In this document: piece after piece, positions 15,711 to 31,952 of the stretch | Layout: each line of letters starts with the position of its first letter | How positions within the stretch are numbered: the first letter of the stretch is position 1 | NCBI RefSeq assembly: GCF_009914755.1 | Contig: NC_060929.1 | Reading direction: 5' to 3' (one strand) | Source: the human T2T-CHM13v2.0 reference genome, Homo sapiens | DNA length: 64,000 nt | Translations under genes and position numbers: made by a program | The notes under the pieces: model-generated | Database searches by the model: none | Seen by the model: the letters and a program-made list of their open reading frames with translations, nothing else | What the model was told of the DNA's origin: nothing

Positions 15711-17393
15711 AAAGGTCTAATTGCAATGATTTCTCCAATTGGAGTTCTAAAGAATATTTGTTTCTAAAGATGAGTAAGGCATTTGCAAACTCTACATGAA
15801 CACAAACACAGAATTGAAGTCCAAGCAAGAACTCTGCTCCTCTTTGCCTGGGGTGTTTGAAATGAAACAACAGCAACATCTTACTAACAAAGATCAAGGT
15901 TCAACTGGCTTCTTAAAGAAGCTGGTGGCGTTCAAGACACTTGACGTGTTTGCTGAAGTCTTTGGAATGCGATGGTAGGATTTGGCAGGTCTGTTTATTT
16001 GCAGTGTTAGTATAGAAGCCAAAAAGGGAGCTACAATAGAGTAAAGCAAAACACGATAATCTTGCAAAGAAAAAATCAAATGGAGCAGCACTATGAAGAC
16101 TCTTATGAAAGGCAGAATAAAAATCTATTTAATGATTTTCCCTGTGAGCACTGTGAAAAAGAAATAACCTTGCCAAAGTAAAATAATTTAAATTCAATTC
16201 AACAAACATTTATTGAGTATATACTGCAGGACACATACTATTTTTCAGTGAAAACAAAAATGGGGTTGACTTTTTAAAAAAGTGTAAAAGTTACCATATA
16301 AACGTGACCAATATATGAGTAATTTCTCCCTTTTAGTTTTTTCTCCTTTTGGGGAATATTTCTGCCTTATTCTCATAGAGAATGTAATTTTCCTCCCACT
16401 TTCTGTATTCTTTTGAAATGTGCATGATTATTTTTCTCCATACTTACTTTTTCTTGTGTTGTTTAATAATATTTAAAATTATATGTATTCTTTATATATA
16501 AAAATATGATTTACGATTATATACATATATATCTATATTCTTCTTTTCCCTCTCTCCTTGGTAATAATATTTACTCCCTACTTCCTCCCATCCCTACCTA
16601 GAGGAACTGTGGGTGAATATTGGATAGTATTCTTCACTTGGATCAAATAAGCAGAATGAGAGTGAGAACTGGGTTATAATCTTTGTAACTATTATTCTGT
16701 TGTGCAAATTAAATTCTCTAGGCCTCATTTTTTTTTCTATAAAATTTACAGGGTGTAAAATGTGAAAAAGTAACCTTCTAGATTCATTACTGGAACTCTT
16801 GGTTGAGTTTGTAATTCAGAGATGTCAGGAAGAATGATGGCATATGACACAGATGGCTGATTGGTGGTAATCTATTAAGCTGGCCCTATATTAGCATATA
16901 TGGAATGTTTATTCAGTTGCTGGGTGGACATGCAAGATATAGCTGCTGAGGCTGGGCCGGGTGGTTTGTGCCTGTAATCTCAGCACTCTGGAAGGCCGAG
17001 GTGGGCGGATCACCTGAGGTCAGGAATTTGACCAGCCTGGCCAACATGGCGAAACCTGGTCTCTACTAAAAATACAAAAATTAGCTGGGAGTGGTGGCAC
17101 GCGCCTATATTTCCGCTACTTGGGAGGCTGAGGCACGAGAATCTCTTGAACCTGGGAGGAGGAGGTTGCAGTGAGCTGAGATCGCCAGGGTACTCCAGCC
17201 TGGGCAACAGAGCAACAGAGACTGATATGGTTTGGCTCTGTGTCCCCAACCAAATCTCATCTTGTAGCTCCCCTGTGTCATGGGAGGGACCTGGTGGGAG
17301 ATGATTGAATCATGGGGGTGGGTCTTTCCCATGCTGCTCTTGTGATAGTGAATGGGTCTCACATGATCTGATGGTTTTAAAAATCAGAGTTTC

Positions 17394-18035
<642 letters not shown>

Positions 18036-19232
18036 GACTCTCAGGTATGTCTTTATCAGCAGGGCAAAAAGGGACTAACACAGAGATCCTGCCTCCAAAA
18101 AAAAAAAGATATAACTGCTAAATTGTGAAAGGGATCTTGAATTAATAATAAGTCTGAGATAGCGTAAGATAAAATATTTAACTGGAAAGTATTTTTATAT
18201 CTTATCAAGTAATAAAGCATTAAGGATGCCTGCCTGCTAGGTTGAATATTCCCCAACAATCAACTGATGAATTGGATTAATCCAGAAGACTCCAGCACAT
18301 CTATTGGGAGATGGTCAGAGAGGTTGCCTGCTACTAGCAATTGAATTGGAGATCAAATTACACTTGTTAGACAGGATTAGTATTCTGTGTTCTATCATCG
18401 ATGTGACTTCTGAAACGAAACTGTCGCAAACAACATTGAAAGATACTAGAATAGTAGAGAGTGTCACCTGGATGACACCAAACACAAATCAAGACCACTT
18501 AGAATATAAGAAACTGGAAGAAAAAAAAAAAGAAAACCCGAAACGAAAACCCCCAAACATAACATCCTTAATTGAGGTCATGTTTGTTCTAATCATGCTC
18601 ATTTGAGAAGCTTGTAAATGAAAAGACAAGAGACTTCCTACTAAACAGCTGTTGTGGTTGAATTAAGGAGATAAGTGGTGACAAGCAACACTCAATTGCC
18701 ATATGAGAGCAATACACAGATTGGGGTAAAACAGCCAGAATTAGGGTGGTTCCTTAGGAAGGGTGTCAGATTACCTCTGAGTAAAACCAATTCCCAGGTG
18801 AATTTTAAATCTGTTTATGTGGAAAACCTGGTTACTTAAGTAGTCTGTACCTACCAGCACTAGCTCTTTTAGTAGATGAAGTATCTTCAACTAAAGAATT
18901 ATTTTACTCATTATTTACCTAAATAAGTCTTACCCAGATGGAGGAAAAATTAATTTACTTCACCTAGAATTTTACTACTCTGAGATTGATGATGGGTGCC
19001 CCATCTAAAGATCCATTTAGCTAAATGCTCATGTGTGTCTGTGCAAAAGACACTATAAATAGGGGTTTTCATATTTCTGTGTCAAAGAGAATCAACTATG
19101 AAGGAAGAGTTATTTATTTATGTTTATACAAGGCAAGCTGTTTTTAATGAAGTCTCTCTTGGGGATCATGAAACAGCTCTACGTGGCCCAAACAAATGAT
19201 TATTGCTGACTCATCCTGGCCAACGTGGGCCC

Positions 19233-19746
<514 letters not shown>

Positions 19747-19754
19747 CTCTAAAT

Positions 19755-20071
19755 CAGGGGTCTGCAATCTACGGCTTATGGGCAAAGTCAGCTTCTTGAC
19801 TGATATGGTACAGCTGGTGAGCAAGAAATGATTTTTATATTTTTAAACGTTAAAAAAGGGGGAATAGTATTTCATGAGAGATGAAAATTATATAAAATTT
19901 AAGTTTTAGTGTTTGTCCATAAATACAGTTTGATTGGAACATAGTTCCACCTATTCACTTATAGCTTTGCACTACAACAGCAAACTGGGGTCATTGCAAC
20001 AGAGACCATATGGCCCAAAGGCCTAAAATACTTATTATCTGCCCCTTTACAGAAAGAGTTTGCTGACCCCG
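19755..20071. mobile_element. MER58B hAT-Charlie element
   Basis: TIRs caggggtctgcaa...tttgctgacccc; 'gcaacagagaccatatggccc...cctaaaata'. Confidence 0.8.
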
Positions 20072-21750
20072 CTTGAAATCCTTTGTTCCTTCATCCTCCT
20101 CCTCTGTCTCCATGCCCACCCCCCCACACTCATTCCCATCTGAGGCCAGGACTCAGTCTGTGTCATTCGTTGTCACTGATAGTCTCCCATCTTCTTGGAA
20201 CTCAGGGTCAAAGAGATTGTTGACCTTCACTTTAGCATCGTGTGCAGGGAAGCAAAGAAGCCTCGATTTTCATATGCAAACTGGATTTACTGGTGTCTGT
20301 CCAGAGGGAACATTACCCCGTGTAGCTTGCATTCACATTTTTGCTTCAGGGTTGAGGGCATGTATTTTCTTAGCATTTGATTATGGATCTGTTTTTAGAG
20401 GAACATGCTGTGGGGCAAAGGCCGGCCTGTTACTGTTTGTTCTGTCTAGAATGCTTTGGCATGCACACGGTAGATTATTGCAAATTGTTGAAATGAATAT
20501 TTGTGGTTTAGGAACTCGTTAGTTGTCATTCTAGATGAGGTTATGTGTCTGTCAACTTCGGGTTCTCACTTCCTGAAAAAGATCCTCTCCTAATGTTTCA
20601 TGAATTAAAGGCTCATACACACACTGCAAACTGAAGCAAGAAGTATGAACGCAATTGTACTGCCTGTGGCAAGACAAGATGCTTCTGCCCTGCAACCATC
20701 AGCTTCTTTCTGGGACAGTATGCTTATTTGCTTAATGCTAGCATAACCACCACTGAAACTGTGATCTGTGTTAAAATTAATCTTTTAAATCACTTAATAA
20801 TGTGCTGCAGGAGCGGCCAATTGTACATGGACTACTTAAGTGAACTACTTTTAACATGAAGAGGAATATTTCATTTTGATTTTAATTTCACATTAATTTA
20901 GTTATGTGAGTGTCTGACAATGACACAATTTCACTTATTTTTCCCTGGGGAGATGTCAATGAATTCTCAATTTCCTTCCAAGGAGCCAGTCTTAGAATAT
21001 TTGTGTGGTCTGTTTCATTGCTTTCCTTTTCCGTTCTAATAGGGCCAGCTGGGCTTTGACTCAGTGTAGCCGAGTGGGGGTGGAGGAGGGGGAACTGAAT
21101 GTGTGTGTTTGTGTGTGTGCACGAACGTGTGTCTTATAAGGAGGGAAGGACTGGCTTGAGTTCCGGATTCAGCAATAAAGGGTGTAGAAGAAACAGCACT
21201 ATGGAAATTTCAAATGGCAACAAATACAAGTGGAGGTCTACAGTTCAACAAAAATCACGGTTGATTATTAGTAAAAATTTTGTTTTAGACAAAATTTTCT
21301 CTCTACAGAGAGCAACTTTCTGAATGTGCACAGTGAGAGGCAGGAAACTGTTTTACTTCCTTGTTGCCTGGGACGAGAAGAAGAAGGCAGTGTCAGGTGA
21401 AGAGATGATGGGAAGGCGTGAGTAGTTTGGGAGGAGAAAAGATGGCAATACTGTGAAAAAGGCCTTTGTTGTGTTTATACCAATGACCTTTTATTCTTGC
21501 AAGTTTTTAATGAAAAAATTTAAAGATACAGAACGTTGAAAGAATAGTCCAATGAATACCTGTATATGCACCCGACTAGATTTAACAGATTCTTAACATT
21601 TTCTTACTTTTGCTTTATCCACCCATCAATGTATCCATCCGTCCATCCATCCCTTGTCCATCTGATATATCTCTCTCTCTCTTCATCCATCCCATTCCAT
21701 CCATCCAAACTAGGGAGACTGAATAGTGCCCTAATTAAGAACCAGAAGAA

Positions 21751-22098
<348 letters not shown>

Positions 22099-22403
22099 TT
22101 AGACCCACAAAAAGGGGGGTTCCATAAGGGAAGTGAAAGATGAAGGTGACTTTTGTGTTGTGATCTTTATAACAGATTCAATGGGAAGCTAAATGTCTGG
22201 CAACGATGATTACTGAGATGAAGGAAGGCAAGGACTTTCATTTGACTGAGTGACCATAACCATGAACCAACCTGAAAATTCGTTGGTATTAGAAAGTAGA
22301 AGAGTAAAGCAGATAGATAATTTTATCTTAAATTGTTGAATTTTATTACCAGGTAATACAGAAAATATTAGACTTCTTTTCTGGGGGGCAGGGTGGCGGG
22401 GGG

Positions 22404-22673
22404 GACAAAGTCTCACTGTGTTGTCCAGGCTGGAATGTCGTGCAGTGATCTCAGCTCCCTGCAGCCTCTGCCTCCTGGGTTCAAGCAATTCTTGTGCCTC
22501 AGCCTCCCGAGTAGCTGGGATTACAGGCATGCACCACCATGCTGGGCTAATTTAGTAGAGATGGGGTTTCACCATGTTGGCCAGGCTGGTCATGAACTCC
22601 TGACCTCAAGTGATCTGCCAACCTTGGCCTCCCAAAGTGCTGGGACTACAGGCATGAGTCACTGTGCCCGGCC
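22404..22673 (-). mobile_element. AluS, lacking A-tail and part of the linker
   Basis: Reverse Alu preceded by a G-rich run. Confidence 0.9.
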
Positions 22674-23192
22674 AGAAAATAGTATCCTTTTTTATGTTTG
22701 TTTTCTCAGTTTGGTTTACTAATACTATCCAAACCTCAGGGTTTTTATGTATTCAGGTAAGAAAATGGAAAATGAAGACAGATTTCCAAGTACACTTCCC
22801 CCAGAGTGATTCCATAGTGACAATAGGAATACATGAATGGAAAATTCGCTTAAAAAAGAAGATGTTGGAATTATCCCTTTTATTTCAGTCTCTTAGATAT
22901 CGCTTCCATGCACGTGCTGAAAACGCAGGTCTCAGGATCCTGCAAAGAACATGGCCTTGTTTCCTCCCGAGTGGCTGAAGACAATTGTAAGCCACAACAC
23001 TCTCAGCCGTATCAAATCACAGGATATGGATTTTATGGATCTTTTAATTCTTACTTCAGTCTTCCTTACAAAATTTCTTAAATATGAATGGAGAGAAAGT
23101 CCGTGTTTCAAAGTAATGTGATTTTGTTTACCACTTAGAAACAATTAGTGACACGTCCTTCAATTCTTTCCTCTGCCTCTTTAAAAGTGCTA

Positions 23193-23601
<409 letters not shown>

Positions 23602-24431
23602 AGAGGATGGAGCAGCTTCTGACCTTGGGCTGCTCCGAAGCCCTCCACCACACATCTAGCTTAGCTCAGTCCAGTGGAGCATTAGCTTATCTTTGTGCAC
23701 TTCAGTGGAATATGCCCCCTGTCTGGCCTGGTGTTGGAGAGTCTTTGGCATCAGGATTTACAAACTCCTCCATCACCATCAACCATCTGTAAATTCTTTG
23801 CTTTCGATTGTACTCTTGCTTCTATTCTTCTGCTGACATCTTGGTCAGGGTCCTCAATTTCAGTCTGCTCTGGCTTGGTATTCTGTTAAAATTCCAGCAA
23901 GTTAGAATACTGCCTCTCAACTCTCCCCAAAGTTGTCCATGCTGTGTGTGGCACTCCATCAATCCCCCTGAAAACCACATAGCTCAGATGGCCTTGTACT
24001 CAAAAGCATAGAATGGCCCCTATGGTGGGTACAGAGAAAAAGTCCTAACCCCCTATTTTTTTTCTATGGCCCTCAATTCCCCATCCAACTTTATCTATCT
24101 CTTACAACTCACTAATAAGAACCCCTCTGCCTTGGTTATATTCATTTATAGTTTGTAACTCCCTGAATGTATCACACTGTAAACATCAAAGGCAACAGAA
24201 ATTATTATTTTTGTAATGAAATCTCGGGGAAAGTGTTAAAGATAAACACCACTGGATGTAGCAAACTTACTTAAAGTTTTAATAGCTGTTATAATTCCAT
24301 ATGAACCTGGCACAGTCCTCATTATAATGAACTTTTTGGTCACAATAGGTGGTAAGACAGAGTGTGTGACTAAATCCCTCCCACCTGGAAGCAGATCATG
24401 TTGTGTAGGAAGCTTCATCTTCATATGATGA

Positions 24432-24799
<368 letters not shown>

Positions 24800-25131
24800 G
24801 TTGACATTTATTTTTAAGAGGGTCTGCAGTCCCATGTTCCTGAATGTTTGCCATCCTCAGAACAGCTGGGTTTATTTTGATTGATGTCCATTGCTCATCA
24901 TGCAAATACATGATTTTCAATCTGATGAATGTTCTGAGGGTTGATTATGCATGGGTGGTCTTGTCCGTGTCAATTCTGGTGGCTTCCCACATTCCCATGC
25001 TTATTACTCTAGAGTTCACTTTGCTCACTAATTCTAATCCCTGCATTCCTTTATTCTTAAAATCCTTGTGATGAAATGAGTACTTTCGAATTCAAATATT
25101 ATATATTTATATGTTTGAAATTAATTTTACT

Positions 25132-25475
<344 letters not shown>

Positions 25476-25537
25476 TTAGTTCATGTTATTATTTGTAAAT
25501 AAATAAATGCACACATATATTGAAGATGAACACTCAC

Positions 25538-25840
25538 CTTTTTTTTTTCTTTTTGAGACAGAGTCTAATTCACTCTGTTGCCCAGGCTGGAGTGCAGTGG
25601 TACAGTTTTGGCCCACTGCAATCTCTGCCTCCTGGGTTCAAGTGATTCTTCTGCCTCAGCCTCCTGAGTAGCTGGGATTACAGGCATGTGCTCCCACACC
25701 TGGCTAACTTTTGTAGTTTTAGTAGAGATGGGATTTCACCATGTTGGCCAGGCTGGTCTCGAACTCGTGATCTTAAGTGATCCACCCTCCTTGGCCTCCC
25801 AAAGTGCTGGGATTACAGGTGTGAGCCACTGCACCTGGCC
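25538..25840 (-). mobile_element. AluS
   Basis: Reverse dimeric Alu. Confidence 0.93.
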
Positions 25841-25899
25841 AATCCTCACATTTTTAATGAGGGGTACATGATAATATGATATTAAAAACTTGGATACCT

Positions 25900-26243
<344 letters not shown>

Positions 26244-26271
26244 TGACATTTATCATGTTTCACAATATGTA

Positions 26272-27290
<1,019 letters not shown>

Positions 27291-28162
27291 TAAAAGTTAC
27301 ACTCTTAGGCAGATTAAAGGATGTTTTGCAGACAGGACCAGGTCCTGGTGAGTTGTCAGCGTCCTCCATGAAACAGAGCAATGCGGGACTAATATGACTC
27401 TAGACTTCAAATGTTACACTGACTGTGTCAGCCTCCTGGGCTTCCTGGGTCCTGTACTAAAGACACTGGGACCCATCCGATGTTTCTAACCACTCACTGA
27501 CTTTGAAAAACACTCACTTCACCACTGAAAATGTATTGCTTACATCCCAGTTGCTAATTAATAAATCTCTTAATTGCAAGACACGTGAAGTAATAAGTAA
27601 ATGAAGAGTTGGTTCCTCACTGTGATACTGTACACGCTAACGATTCACCCTAGAATATCCTTTCTGACTATGGTGCTTCAACTGCCTTTAGGTGTAAAGT
27701 TAATTTTAACCAGGCGCATTACATTATGTGTGCACAAGGAAACATTGTTTTAACAGCCAGTCCTAGTTTCCATGGGATATAGTGAGAGGAAAACCAGAGA
27801 GTCAGTGTATCAGTATCAATGTATCAGTTGATATAACGAATCATTAATACATTGTATCATTGATAAAAGAACTCAAGAACTACTCAGAAAAACAGTTCTA
27901 ATAGCCATTACTGCCTACCTGGGTAGAAATATTTGTATACAAAAGGTACAAAAGATAATTTGCCAGGCTATAATACTACAGTTTCTTGTCCATATCTACT
28001 GGTATAATTCTATGCTCACCAGCAAGTTCTTATTTGGTCTCCTCACTTTCCCCGGCTGAAGAGTGTCCTAAGTAAAAAAGACAATTCCCGTTATCCTACC
28101 AGATATCTTAAAATTATAACTTAAAAATTGCCATTCTGGTTTTTAAATCAGCACATTGTTAG

Positions 28163-28192
28163 TGTGAGAGGCTGAATAATGCCCCTTCCCCA

Positions 28193-28239
<47 letters not shown>

Positions 28240-28675
28240 GAGGCCCATATCCTACTCCCAGAATCTGTGAATATGTTACTTTATAGGGCAAAAGGGATTT
28301 TTCAGGTGTGATTAAATTAAGGATCTTGAGATGGGAGGATTATCCTGGATTATCGGCTTGGGCTCAAAGTAATTACTGCGGCCTTTACAAGAGGGAGCCA
28401 GGAGCCTCAAAGTCAGGGAAGAAGACGTGATGATGGAAGCAGGGGTTAGATAGTTGGAGAGGATCTGAAGATGCTGCCATGCTGGCTTTGAAGATGGAGG
28501 AAGGGGTCCTGAGCCTCCAGAAGGAGCCAGCCCTGCAGATACCTTCACTTTAGCCCAGTGAGACCGATTTTGGACTTTTAACCTCTAGAACTGTAAGATA
28601 ATAAATATGTGGGGTTTTTTTTAAAGCCATTATGTTTGTAATAATTTGTCACAGCAGCAATGGGAAACTAATACA
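28163..28675 (+). mobile_element. MLT1D-like MaLR solo LTR containing (CA)n at ~28194-28237
   Basis: TG...CA ends ('tgtgagaggctgaataatg' ... 'gggaaactaataca'); 5-bp TSD gttag. Confidence 0.85.
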
Positions 28676-29565
28676 GTTAGTGTGATTTAATTTTCCAAAA
28701 TTTAATAACCTTTGGATAAACTAAAAGATTACATTTCTGAAAGATGAAACTGAGCCCTGGGATTACGATGAAGCCCTATGGCATGTTTTCTCTCTCTCTC
28801 TTTCATCATGATCATCCTCACAGCCTGAAAAAATAGAAAGTAGGAATTCATTCTAGAATTGTATTCCTTGAGCATTCAGACATGACAGAAGAACACATTA
28901 TTTCAATAGAGTTTACGTAATATTTTCAATAGCCTGTAACAGAAAAAAAAAAAGTCCAGAATTGTAACAACTGGCCAAGTTAGATATAACATGTTCCATT
29001 CACTGAATTTCCTCTACTTGATCCCTAGGAGAGTACCTCTGTGCCTACTCACTAAGTTCTAACAAGCTTGGTGATCTATTTGTCCAGTCCATTGTAAGAT
29101 GGGCTTATAGATCTGAAGCCACAGATCAGAAAGTGGGGATGGGAAGTGAATTACTAAAAGAGATCTCATATCAGTAAAAAGAAAAGAGAGATCCAAACCT
29201 GACAGCAGGAATGAGGGAGAAGAATTCTTAAAATATAGACCTCAGAATTTAGAAAGAAAAATAAATAAGGCAGCAGTCTGGTGGGGCCATTCAGTGAAGG
29301 ACCAAGTAGCCCTACCCCCCTCAGTAGGAGTCTCTGGCACATCAGTGTGTTTAATAACAATGCAAAATTTGGGGTTCTTTATGATAAACCTGTCATCAAT
29401 ATAGCATTAGATTGTGGTTTTTACAAAATCCTAATAAGGCAGAGAAGTAAAGATAAATACATATTTTATTGCTTATTGACACAAGATGACCTAATGATTT
29501 ACAGAATAGTAAGCCTCTCACTCCTTAACTATGCCAAATAAACAAAGAGATAAGATATTATTAAA

Positions 29566-29867
29566 GGCCAGGCATGGTGGCTCATGCCTGTAATCCCACC
29601 ACTTTGGGAGGCCGAAGCAGGCAGATTACTTGAGGTCAGGAGTTTGAGACCAGCCTGGCCAACATGGTGAAACTCCATCTCTACAAAAATAGAAAAATTA
29701 GTGAGGTGCAGTGGCACATACCTGTAATCCCAGCTGCTCAGGAGGCTGAGGCAGGAGGGAATCATTTGAACCCAGGTGGCAGAGGTTGCAATGAGCCAAG
29801 ATTGAGCCACTGTACTCCAGCCTGGGCAACATAGCGAGACTCAATCTCAAAAACAAACAAACAAAAA
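29566..29867 (+). mobile_element. AluS
   Basis: Dimeric Alu. Confidence 0.94.
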
Positions 29868-31454
29868 ATATTTAAAACTTTAGCCCTAAGCATAGACTTC
29901 TTTTCCAAATGAAAGTAAGGTGAATTTATATGACCCTACCAGTTTACGGATGACCTAAGCCCTTTAATACAAGAAGATGAAGTCATATTTTTGGCATATA
30001 CAGATCTTCACCACTACCAGCCCTGAGTTTCCTTAGGCAAGGATTAAGTTCCATAAACTGATTTGGTAATCATCACTTTACATATCATAAAAAGCAGTAT
30101 TTAATACTCCCTGGGGACTCTGTTGGAGGAAGTAAATGGATAACCAGGCACAGCCATAAACCAGAGTGAAACGACCTGTCAGACAACATGCTGGATGGCT
30201 CCACAGCTTGGAGCTTCATCTCCAGATTCCAGATAATATCCTACTGAGCTACTCTAGTAAACCTCATTCCAGAAAAAATGTTAAACGTTTCCCAAGGTTC
30301 AAACTCAGAGGAGAATATGAGTGAAAATCATGTACCAACCCGGTGGGCCAGTAGATGGGGATTTTATTACATCCTTGCTCGTCAGGGTTAGTGGCTCTTC
30401 ACCATAATGCCATTCCCCAAGATGATGCTATAGAGTCCCTTATAGATCTTTTTCTCTCCAGCCAGAAGCTCTGTTCACTGCGAATATACCAATAGATAAT
30501 ATCCCTGCAGTCCTCATGCTCAAATAGCAGAGAAACAACGAGAAAAGACAAAATTACAATAAAATGTGAAATGTGCTCTGGCAAGAGTAATATGAGATCC
30601 TACGGGGGTTTTTAGGAGGGTTGCATCATATGAGAGCACAGAAGGCTAAGTGGGAGTTACCAGCTGAAGGTGTCAGCGGAGGCGGGGGGGGCTGGGGTGG
30701 GTGGGGAATCTTATAGAAGCTGAAATTGCAGGAGCGAAGAGCTAGTGTTGACAATGTGAGCTCGGCATTAACACAACCCAGGTCAGTTCCCCTTAGAGGC
30801 CGCGTTAGAGCATTTGGAGTTGATCCAAAGAGCAATAGGAGTCTTTGAAGGGTTTTAAGTGTAGCAGATATCAAGAGGGTTGCACTCAGAAAGATGTCCC
30901 TGGCTTTGGAACTATCAAAGCTTGAGAAGAGAAGACCTATGAGAAGACTGAAGAATCTCTCCTAGAAGATCCTCATGGCACCAGAGTGAGAAAGAAACAC
31001 ACCCTCATTAGTGTCTTGACTTCTCCTGAATTACGTTCAAGGGATGGGTCAGTGATATCTAACAAGGGGTATCAATCTGACATCTCTACAGGTCAAATCC
31101 AATGGCAAATGCATTTTCTTGGCCTGCACAGTGATGATTTTTTAAAAAACTTAGATGTCTTTTTAAAGTAGGGCATGCACTCTCCACCACTCTCAATTTT
31201 TTTAAAGTTGAGCCAAGTTGCATATTTATCTTACCAGCATGGCCTCTGTGGGCATTTGAGTGTGTGAGCCTATGAGATAAGATATTACTTTTTTTTTTTA
31301 CATTTAATCTATGAAATCATCATCATCCTTTTAGGCATTTGGACCACTATTACGGGAACAGATCTATCATGTGCCAGGAAGCCACACGGACTTCAAAGAA
31401 GTATAAAAACGTCATTCCTTTCCTCATGGAGAGTTCACTTTTTTTTGGAAAAGG

Positions 31455-31700
31455 TATAAAAAAGATAATTAGCAAAAGATCTGAATGAACATTTCACCAA
31501 TTAAGTTATACATTGAAAAGAGGTTCAGTAACGTGGGTCATTAGAGAAAAGCAAATAAAAACAACAATGAAATACCACTCCACACCCACCAGAATGGCTA
31601 CAATAAAAAACACAGTGATAAATGTTGATGAGCATGATGCAGAGAAACTGGAACCCTCACACATTGTTGATGGGATGTAAAATGATGAAGCCACTTTTTT
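31455..31700 (+). mobile_element. Old L1M ORF2 fragment
   Basis: 'gcaaataaaaacaacaatgaaataccact...agaatggct...agaaactggaaccctcacacattg'. Confidence 0.75.
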
Positions 31701-31769
31701 TGTAATCTACCACCTGGTATTGGCAGCAGGAGCATGTAGCTCCAGAAGGATGGATGAGTAGGTCCTTGG

Positions 31770-31952
31770 CTCTCCAGCTTTAGCCACCAGCATCAGTATC
31801 ACCTGGGGTTGCTGGTTAGAACACAGGTGGCTCAGCCCCAACCCCTGAGTTTCTGAGTCAGTCGGTCTTGGGTGAGAGGTTGAGACTTTGCATTGCTCAG
31901 GCCCAGGTGATGCTGCTGCTGCTGGTTGAGGACCACTATTTGAGAACCACCG
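31770..31952. mobile_element. MER5A MITE
   Basis: 'gcatcagtatcacctgggg...cccaggtgatgctg...tttgagaaccacc'. Confidence 0.7.
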
